Assembly: GCA_965644495.1 (NCBI GenBank)
Contig: CBFFSA010000081.1
Span: forward strand, 1-22,000
Direction: 5' to 3'
Length of the DNA stretch: 22,000 nt
Origin: Perkinsela sp. CCAP 1560/9
Lineage: Eukaryota; Protista; Euglenozoa: Kinetoplastea
The notes beneath the pieces are model-generated. The model ran no database searches. It was not told the DNA's origin and was given only the letters and a program-made list of their open reading frames with translations. A program made the position numbers and the translations under genes. Positions 1 through 6,383 of the stretch are shown one piece after another; within the stretch, counting starts at the first letter, position 1, and every line of letters begins with the position of its first letter.

Positions 1-526
1 AGTAGATTATCAGGAATGTTTTTTCCTCGTCGCAGAGCCCCGGTCCGGCGAGGAAACTCTTCAAACCGGCTAGATCCATGGGACACGCTCTTATTGCTGG
101 ACTCGCCCTCCGGTGCATCGCTCCTTTGAGGGCTTCTATTTTCTTTAATGGGAGCGGCGATCCTCGCAAAGCGTATTCGTTCCCCAAATGGCAAAGGTAT
201 TGAGCAACGGTTTGTCCCTTTAAACCTTCTGTTTCGTTCAGATGCACCGCAAATGCGGCTAGGTATATCTCCTCCTCGAGGTAATGTACGTAGTCTCGGA
301 GCCGCCCCACATAACTTTGATACCGTCGCCATATGCGACGCATAATGTCCCTTGTTCCTTCCGCGAACTTCTCGCGAAAGACATTTTCGGCTTTCAAAAC
401 TTCTTGGCAGACTGTTTCTTCTGATAATTGCTGTATAACTATATTTTTTGGTATTTTTGTTTGTAATAATGACCCCTCTTTTGGGAAAGATCGGCCGGCG
501 CCGAGGAAACTTTGCATTAGGTGCAC
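1..526 (-). CDS. Tyrosine recombinase ORF, N-terminal part (copy 1, cut by window edge)
   Basis: Same sequence as 3758-4283, the 5' part of the YR ORF. Confidence 0.75.
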   Translation of the reverse strand, partial: MHLMQSFLGAGRSFPKEGSLLQTKIPKNIVIQQLSEETVCQEVLKAENVFREKFAEGTRDIMRRIWRRYQSYVGRLRDYVHYLEEEIYLAAFAVHLNETEGLKGQTVAQYLCHLGNEYALRGSPLPLKKIEALKGAMHRRASPAIRACPMDLAGLKSFLAGPGLCDEEKTFLIIY

Positions 527-583
527 TGTACGGTCTTCTCCCTCCCCGTACAGTTTGATGGGGCGTCCGGCCCCGGGGCCGAG

Positions 584-1369
584 TCACTGAGACCCGGCGA
601 TGTTGTGGCCGTTTCGGGAGGCCATTCCCCGTCCGCCTCGGGCGCGCCCTACGCCTCGGAAAGGTCCTCGAAAACGCTCTCCGTACCCGCGCCCTCCTCC
701 GTTTTTTGCGTTCATAGCGGCTCCTTGCGCGATCGACATATTTTGGTAATACGACATGGTCGCCTCGTGCGCCTGGGTATATTGATCGTCCATCGGGGCG
801 CTCCGCGCAGTTTCTTTCCAATAGCGGCCGTATTCTCGACCAAACTTATGTTTGTAACGAAGATAGTGCAAATTCTCAAACGCGGGCTCCACTGAAACCA
901 TCGAAAACGGACGTCCTGCTCGCGCGTGCAACCCGCAATCTTGGAGGTGTTTCGAGATCGTGTCGAGACTTTCTCTCAAACTTATGGCATCCCCCGCAAC
1001 CGCACCAGGATCTTTTGAGTTTCCAAATTGTTTGCGAATTTCATGCTCCAATCGTCCAATTAAATTGTCCCGGTATAGATCACTGCAGAAATGTCGGTAT
1101 TCCCATTCTTTTGGGCGGAAAAGCTTTTCGTGGGGGAGGTCATGGGCCGCAGGATCATACCCGCCCGGCGCCGACACACTCTTTGCTGCCATTCCCAGAG
1201 CTTCCCGAATTTGCGCGGATTGCCGCTCCACCGTAGCTTCCAACATACCGATGCGCTCTTGATCAATCTTCGTTGACGCCATGAGTTCCTCCATACGCTG
1301 CATCATTCTGGTATTATCCCCCAACTGCTGGATCACATCTCTCGGAGAGGGTGGCTGACCTTCGGCCAT
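584..1369 (-). CDS. Gag-like ORF1 of YR element (261 aa)
   Basis: ATG-started ORF with an N-terminal coiled-coil-like stretch and an RG/RGG-rich C-terminus. It lies directly upstream of the YR frame, as gag does in VIPER/TATE/DIRS. The gag call is positional, not homology-tested. Confidence 0.6.
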   Translation of the reverse strand: MAEGQPPSPRDVIQQLGDNTRMMQRMEELMASTKIDQERIGMLEATVERQSAQIREALGMAAKSVSAPGGYDPAAHDLPHEKLFRPKEWEYRHFCSDLYRDNLIGRLEHEIRKQFGNSKDPGAVAGDAISLRESLDTISKHLQDCGLHARAGRPFSMVSVEPAFENLHYLRYKHKFGREYGRYWKETARSAPMDDQYTQAHEATMSYYQNMSIAQGAAMNAKNGGGRGYGERFRGPFRGVGRARGGRGMASRNGHNIAGSQ

Positions 1370-1384
1370 GGGAATGGACGATTA

Positions 1385-1723
1385 GTTAGTAGTTTTCCGA
1401 AAACGAAAGCGTTCTAAAATATATATATATATCTTTCGGAAAACCCCAACAGAAATACTCTGATTTTTTTATGCTATAAAAAATCCATTTATACTAAATT
1501 ATCTTTTTTTATATCGGATCCAATCTCCATGCGAAGCGATCATATACAGAAGTAACAAAAATGAAATTCAACTAGTAGTAGATATTTCTGTTGGTGTTTC
1601 AATACTACATAAGAAGTGTACAAAAGCTATCACTATAAATTCCTTTTCGAAAGAATCGTAGATTGATATATCTTTTTGACTAGCCTATATTGCGTTAGTA
1701 GTTTTCCGAAAACGAAAGCGTTC
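1385..1723. repeat. Junction of YR tandem units: 30-bp direct repeat (1385-1414, 1694-1723; third copy 5142-5171) and 12-bp inverted repeat (1446-1457 / 1583-1594)
   Basis: GTTAGTAGTTTTCCGAAAACGAAAGCGTTC occurs three times. CCAACAGAAATA / TATTTCTGTTGG form an inverted pair inside the AT-rich spacer. Confidence 0.85.
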
Positions 1724-4578
1724 GTTTGGAGCATCTCGCGGAGCACGGGTCCTAATTTTTTTGATTCGCCCCGATAACGCAGATCACGGAACTTTTTCAA
1801 CAATTGCATAAACTTTTCCGGATTAATAATATAATCAAACAGTTCTGCCTCTTCACTCATATCTTCTTCCTTAGCCATTCTGACTAACTCGGTCAGATTG
1901 ATTCTGGCGGACGAGACGGCGTCCAGCGGCCAATCTCGTTCACAGGGACGGGTTCTCTCTCCACGCTGGATTCGTCGATTGTCAGGGAAGTGTATATTGA
2001 CGTAGGTGGGGTAGGCGACGAATTCATACAGTATTTCCCACGGAGAGGTGCTCGCACCGACAGGTGCGGCGACGCAGGCTCGCCCATTACGGTGCTGAGC
2101 CTCGTCTTCTTTAAGTGACGCGCGTTTAGCGCTGTCTGAACTTCGTACTGGTCCTCTAGCGATGTTCCCTCCCCCACTGCGTTCACGTAGTCCGCAAGTT
2201 CTTTCTCCATCGCTCGCTTCCTTTTTCTGGTTTGTAACGGGGCGGTTAAGTCGGCTTTCAGCGGGTCTACTAGGTATCTCGGGACCCGGGACTTCGGAGG
2301 ACTTGCGTCCGTGATAGAACCCTTCGGAAGCATGTGAACTACTCCTCGAGAGAAATCTTTTCGACACCATGTGGGGTTTTCGCCTTCGCCCATTTCGCGT
2401 AGCACCTCGCGCTCTGTGGTCAGGTACGGATAAGGTAGCGTCTGTTGAGGGATATGCCGATGAGGAGTGTAATAAGGGGTGGGAAGGTGGTGAGAGTCGA
2501 ATTTCTGAAGTCGAGAAACGGGAGTTCGTGGATGATCTTCGTCCATCGGGATGGGGGGTAGCATTGCTCCTGCCTCGCGTGGTTGTTGTTGTTGTTGTTG
2601 GAATGCCTCGAGTGGTGTGGGGAGGGATGGCGGGATTGATTCGCGAGGATCGGGAGTTTCTGAATGATCTTCCATCATCACGGGGGTTAACAAAGGTTCT
2701 TCCTCGCGTGACGTGGGGAGGGACGGCGGGATCGTGTTTGTTGGCTCGGGAAACCGTGATTCGAGAGGTGTCTGCAGCCGATGACTCACGCCTGTTGGTA
2801 CGGGGAGTATTGGTGGGTCTGTACGAGGGGTTCGGCTGGGGGAGAGCGGAGTGGAAATTACTCGTATGTTTTTTACACAGCTTGAAAAGCTTAGGCGTCT
2901 GGGGAGGCTCGCCCTCTGCAGGATTCCCCACCGATCTTTTGGTGTTGAGCAATTCGATTGAGTGACCACTCCCATCGTTTGATCGACGGATAGAATTGAG
3001 CTGGGTCCGTTCGTCGGTCTTACCTCTTTCCTCAATGACTCGGGAGTACTTTCCTGCTGTATTTGAATGCTTCCCGTCTCCACGATAGTTTCGAGCGGCA
3101 GGAGTGTCTCTTCGGCTGGTGTGAATCCTCTTTTCTCTGCCGACAGGGTAGTTCTTGGCTCGTCGAGATCTGGCTTTTCTTCTCTCCGGGATGTCGTGGC
3201 TTGATTGTGACAAATTTCCCGGGTCTGCGTCGTAGGATGCTCGAAAGGCACGGCTACGTATTGTCCTAGTTTTCGAGACACCTCTAATCCCGCTATCGCT
3301 CTTGGGTCTAGAAACGAGCCGAGATACGCCCGCAGGGAAGCTTCGGAAACGTGCCGAGTCAGTTGCTGTATCGCTACTGCATCTTCCCCAGCCGCCGCGA
3401 GATGCTGGAGCGCGCCGCGTCTGATGGAGTACAAGGTGTGTTTTTCTTTTAGAAGAGGGTGACGAGTAACAACTGGGATTTTTCTCAATCGCTGATCGAT
3501 TTGGTGTAGCTTCACCCCGGGGAATAATTGCTGTTCGTTTGCCTCTCGTCTCCGCCATATCTGATTCACCACAAGGTCGCTCCAAAATGCCGGAACGTAT
3601 ATTCTTACACAACGCGGACTTAAGCGTTCCGTGGTCGTGGTGTTTTTGCACATTTGGTACATCCATATACTTAATTGCAATTCGTGGTTGTTCTCCATCA
3701 TCGCTATATCGCATACTTTCTGGTTTATCAGGTCTCCTGGTCGCTGGCCCGAAAGCCAGTAGATTATCAGGAATGTTTTTTCCTCGTCGCAGAGCCCCGG
3801 TCCGGCGAGGAAACTCTTCAAACCGGCTAGATCCATGGGACACGCTCTTATTGCTGGACTCGCCCTCCGGTGCATCGCTCCTTTGAGGGCTTCTATTTTC
3901 TTTAATGGGAGCGGCGATCCTCGCAAAGCGTATTCGTTCCCCAAATGGCAAAAGTATTGAGCAACGGTTTGTCCCTTTAAACCTTCTGTTTCGTTCAGAT
4001 GCACCGCAAATGCGGCTAGGTATATCTCCTCCTCGAGGTAATGTCCGTAGTCTCGGAGCCGCCCCACATAACTTTGATACCGTCGCCATATGCGACGCAT
4101 AATGTCCCTTGTTCCTTCCGCGAACTTCTCGCGAAAGACATTTTCGGCTTTCAAAACTTCTTGGCAGACTGTTTCTTCTGATAATTGCTGTATAACTATA
4201 TTTTTTGGTATTTTTGTTTGTAATAATGACCCCTCTTTTGGGAAAGATCGGCCGGCGCCGAGGAAACTTTGCATTAGGTGCACTGTACGGTCTTCTCCCT
4301 CCCCGTACAGTTTGATGGGGCGTCCGGCCCCGGGGCCGAGTCACTGAGACCCGGCGATGTTGTGGCCGTTTCGGGAGGCCATTCCCCGTCCACCTCGGGC
4401 GCGCCCTACGCCTCGGAAAGGTCCTCGAAAACGCTCTCCGTACCCGCGCCCTCCTCCGTTTTTTGCGTTCATAGCGGCTCCTTGCGCGATCGACATATTT
4501 TGGTAATACGACATGGTCGCCTCGTGCGCCTGGGTATATTGATCGTCCATCGGGGCGCTCCGCGCAGTTTCTTTCCAA
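1633..4578 (-). CDS. Overlapping ORF3 (981 codons); possibly the remnant of an RT-RH frame with RT deleted
   Basis: Stop-free for 2.9 kb while overlapping the YR ORF. The non-overlapped last ~100 aa (RDWPLDAVSSARINLTELVRM...) look like ordinary protein. No RT motifs present. Confidence 0.35.
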   Translation of the reverse strand: MERNCAERPDGRSIYPGARGDHVVLPKYVDRARSRYERKKRRRARVRRAFSRTFPRRRARPRWTGNGLPKRPQHRRVSVTRPRGRTPHQTVRGGRRPYSAPNAKFPRRRPIFPKRGVIITNKNTKKYSYTAIIRRNSLPRSFESRKCLSREVRGRNKGHYASHMATVSKLCGAAPRLRTLPRGGDIPSRICGASERNRRFKGTNRCSILLPFGERIRFARIAAPIKENRSPQRSDAPEGESSNKSVSHGSSRFEEFPRRTGALRRGKNIPDNLLAFGPATRRPDKPESMRYSDDGEQPRIAIKYMDVPNVQKHHDHGTLKSALCKNIRSGILERPCGESDMAETRGKRTAIIPRGEATPNRSAIEKNPSCYSSPSSKRKTHLVLHQTRRAPASRGGWGRCSSDTATDSARFRSFPAGVSRLVSRPKSDSGIRGVSKTRTIRSRAFRASYDADPGNLSQSSHDIPERRKARSRRAKNYPVGREKRIHTSRRDTPAARNYRGDGKHSNTAGKYSRVIEERGKTDERTQLNSIRRSNDGSGHSIELLNTKRSVGNPAEGEPPQTPKLFKLCKKHTSNFHSALPQPNPSYRPTNTPRTNRRESSAADTSRITVSRANKHDPAVPPHVTRGRTFVNPRDDGRSFRNSRSSRINPAIPPHTTRGIPTTTTTTTRGRSNATPHPDGRRSSTNSRFSTSEIRLSPPSHPLLHSSSAYPSTDATLSVPDHRARGATRNGRRRKPHMVSKRFLSRSSSHASEGFYHGRKSSEVPGPEIPSRPAESRLNRPVTNQKKEASDGERTCGLRERSGGGNIARGPVRSSDSAKRASLKEDEAQHRNGRACVAAPVGASTSPWEILYEFVAYPTYVNIHFPDNRRIQRGERTRPCERDWPLDAVSSARINLTELVRMAKEEDMSEEAELFDYIINPEKFMQLLKKFRDLRYRGESKKLGPVLREMLQTNAFVFGKLLTQYRLVKKIYQSTILSKRNL
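1893..4283 (-). CDS. Tyrosine recombinase with long low-complexity C-terminal extension
   Basis: YR catalytic motifs in the correct order: WLSGQRPGDL (R), CKN (K), HTLYSIRRGALQ (HxxR-equivalent box), LTRHVSEASLRAYL (H...Y). The frame stays open upstream to the gag stop at 4341-4343. Confidence 0.85.
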   Translation of the reverse strand: MHLMQSFLGAGRSFPKEGSLLQTKIPKNIVIQQLSEETVCQEVLKAENVFREKFAEGTRDIMRRIWRRYQSYVGRLRDYGHYLEEEIYLAAFAVHLNETEGLKGQTVAQYFCHLGNEYALRGSPLPLKKIEALKGAMHRRASPAIRACPMDLAGLKSFLAGPGLCDEEKTFLIIYWLSGQRPGDLINQKVCDIAMMENNHELQLSIWMYQMCKNTTTTERLSPRCVRIYVPAFWSDLVVNQIWRRREANEQQLFPGVKLHQIDQRLRKIPVVTRHPLLKEKHTLYSIRRGALQHLAAAGEDAVAIQQLTRHVSEASLRAYLGSFLDPRAIAGLEVSRKLGQYVAVPFEHPTTQTREICHNQATTSRREEKPDLDEPRTTLSAEKRGFTPAEETLLPLETIVETGSIQIQQESTPESLRKEVRPTNGPSSILSVDQTMGVVTQSNCSTPKDRWGILQRASLPRRLSFSSCVKNIRVISTPLSPSRTPRTDPPILPVPTGVSHRLQTPLESRFPEPTNTIPPSLPTSREEEPLLTPVMMEDHSETPDPRESIPPSLPTPLEAFQQQQQQPREAGAMLPPIPMDEDHPRTPVSRLQKFDSHHLPTPYYTPHRHIPQQTLPYPYLTTEREVLREMGEGENPTWCRKDFSRGVVHMLPKGSITDASPPKSRVPRYLVDPLKADLTAPLQTRKRKRAMEKELADYVNAVGEGTSLEDQYEVQTALNARHLKKTRLSTVMGEPASPHLSVRAPLRGKYCMNSSPTPPTSIYTSLTIDESSVEREPVPVNEIGRWTPSRPPESI

Positions 4579-5126
4579 TAGCGGCCGTATTCTCGACCAA
4601 ACTTATGTTTGTAACGAAGATAGTGCAAATTCTCAAACGCGGGCTCCACTGAAACCATCGAAAACGGACGTCCTGCTCGCGCGTGCAACCCGCAATCTTG
4701 GAGGTGTTTCGAGATCGTGTCGAGACTTTCTCTCAAACTTATGGCATCCCCCGCAACCGCACCAGGATCTTTTGAGTTTCCAAATTGTTTGCGAATTTCA
4801 TGCTCCAATCGTCCAATTAAATTGTCCCGGTATAGATCACTGCAGAAATGTCGGTATTCCCATTCTTTTGGGCGGAAAAGCTTTTCGTGGGGGAGGTCAT
4901 GGGCCGCAGGATCATACCCGCCAGGCGCCGACACACTCTTTGCTGCCATTCCCAGAGCTTCCCGAATTTGCGCGGATTGCCGCTCCACCGTAGCTTCCAA
5001 CATACCGATGCGCTCTTGATCAATCTTCGTTGACGCCATGAGTTCCTCCATACGCTGCATCATTCTGGTATTATCCCCCAACTGCTGGATCACATCTCTC
5101 GGAGAGGGTGGCTGACCTTCGGCCAT
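4341..5126 (-). CDS. Gag-like ORF1 of YR element (261 aa, copy 2)
   Basis: Protein identical to 584-1369. ATG at 5126; the track's longer start is not an ATG. Confidence 0.6.
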   Translation of the reverse strand: MAEGQPPSPRDVIQQLGDNTRMMQRMEELMASTKIDQERIGMLEATVERQSAQIREALGMAAKSVSAPGGYDPAAHDLPHEKLFRPKEWEYRHFCSDLYRDNLIGRLEHEIRKQFGNSKDPGAVAGDAISLRESLDTISKHLQDCGLHARAGRPFSMVSVEPAFENLHYLRYKHKFGREYGRYWKETARSAPMDDQYTQAHEATMSYYQNMSIAQGAAMNAKNGGGRGYGERFRGPFRGVGRARGGRGMASRNGHNIAGSQ

Positions 5127-5363
5127 GGGAATGGACGATTGGTTAGTAGTTTTCCGAAAACGAAAGCGTTCTAAAATATATATATATCTTTCGGAAAACC
5201 CCAACAGAAATACTCTGATTTTTTTATGCTATAAAAAATCCATTTATACTAAATTATCTTTTTTTTTTATGGGGTGGAATAAGTCTTGCATTTGAAAGTA
5301 CCCATTGTGAGTCTGCGGTGTAGATTGTGGTTGCGCAGGTGTAAGGGCAGCGGGAGGAGAAAA

Positions 5364-5859
5364 TTTTTTTTTTTTTTTTTTTTCGTACATGGAGGTAGAA
5401 CTTTCAACCCATTCATATCATGATGTACATTATCAGATATCTTACTCCTGTGATTCACATTCAGATTCATATTACACATTCATATCTCGTTTTCCAATCC
5501 ACCGACATCACATCCACCGACATCCACCGACATCACATCAGATTCTTCGCCTGTGGTATCATCGGAGGCGCCTTCGCAATCTTCAGGATGTTTGGATGAA
5601 TCTCTCTCCTCATCGGAATCATTCTCGGACTCTTGTGAGGTCGGCCTTGCATCAGAAAATTTTATCCTTGGCCGTCGGTAGTTGCTATGTACCTCGTGGT
5701 CGGCCCAGTTCGGCGATAATTCCTTTGCACTCATAATAACTCTCACACGGGGGGTTTTCTTTGGCTTATCGAGCGTTGATCCCCTCTTCATAATTTGTTC
5801 GGCGTTTTGCGTGTTCATACGAGTAAAAATAAAAATAAAAACAACAACAAGGTACAGAA
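5364..5859 (-). other. Retrocopy of a trans-spliced, polyadenylated transcript (partial SL + 5'UTR + ORF + A20)
   Basis: Minus strand reads TTCTGTACCTTGTTG (5859-5845), a 26-nt U-rich UTR, ATG at 5818, stop at 5480, then poly(A) = T20 at 5364-5383. Confidence 0.7.
5480..5818 (-). CDS. Hypothetical 112-aa basic/acidic low-complexity protein (MNTQNAEQ...)
   Basis: First ATG after the SL fragment. No recognisable domain. Confidence 0.4.
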   Translation of the reverse strand: MNTQNAEQIMKRGSTLDKPKKTPRVRVIMSAKELSPNWADHEVHSNYRRPRIKFSDARPTSQESENDSDEERDSSKHPEDCEGASDDTTGEESDVMSVDVGGCDVGGLENEI

Positions 5860-5903
5860 CCCTCTTTCTCCCACCAAACACTGGAAATTGCTCCCCCATG
5901 CCT

Positions 5904-6230
5904 GTAGGCCACGTGGTGGTAATAGTACTGCTAACCTAACTCCTCTCCAAGCGGAGGTCAGCCGTAGCTTGCTATGGCTGGCTCTCCGGATACGTCGCAA
6001 GACGTATTCGGACTGCCCGTTTGGGGAGTTGAGGGGCCATAACTTTTCGGAGTCAAAAGGCCCAATACATCATCATCAATAGTACTGCCACTGCCCTCCG
6101 TGGGCTTGCGTCTTCCAGGTACACCCATCTGCAGGGCACTCTCGTTGCGGCGGATCTTCCTCAGAAATGGGCGGGGTCGCAGGAACCTGGTCACTTGCCA
6201 GGGTCGGGGCCTGAGGAGTGGTCACTCGTG
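5904..6230 (+). ncRNA. Unidentified highly structured RNA-like segment
   Basis: Nested stems with G-U pairs that work only on +, and stable tetraloops: GTCAGCCGTAG-CTTG-CTATGGCTGGC, TCCGGATACGTC-GCAA-GACGTATTCGGA, ACTT-TTCG-GAGT, CCAAGCGG/CCGTTTGG, AACTCC/GGAGTT. Confidence 0.5.
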
Positions 6231-6260
6231 ATACGTTTTCCGTAGGTCTGATACGTTTTC

Positions 6261-6350
6261 TTTTGTTAAGACCCTTTCTTTTGTTAAGACCCTTTCTTTT
6301 GTTAAGACCCTTTCTTTTGTTAAGACCCTTTCTTTTGTTAAGACCCTTTC
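6261..6350. repeat. Perfect 18-bp tandem array (TTTTGTTAAGACCCTTTC)x5
   Basis: Read directly from the sequence. Confidence 0.97.
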
Positions 6351-6383
6351 TTACGTTATCCCTCCGGGTGTAGATCCTTAAGC

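Larger units (their letters stand above)
1..1510 (-). mobile_element. Partial tandem copy (5' part) of tyrosine-recombinase element
   Basis: Near-identical to 3758-~5265 at offset 3757. By eye there are only a handful of SNPs and a 2-nt (AT)n length difference. The copy runs off the left window edge. Confidence 0.85.
1511..5265 (-). mobile_element. Complete ~3.76-kb unit of a VIPER/TATE/DIRS-like tyrosine-recombinase element lacking RT
   Basis: gag-like ORF + YR ORF + overlapping third frame, tandemly repeated. No YxDD RT motif in any of its ORFs. Boundaries are set by repeat phase. Confidence 0.7.

Noticed and set aside
5895-6110. SRP (7SL) RNA, from a TGCCTGTAG Alu-like motif
   Set aside because: No helix-8 SRP54-binding internal loop in either hairpin.
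6205-6240. Hammerhead ribozyme (CTGAGGA + stem)
   Set aside because: No GAAA after stem II.
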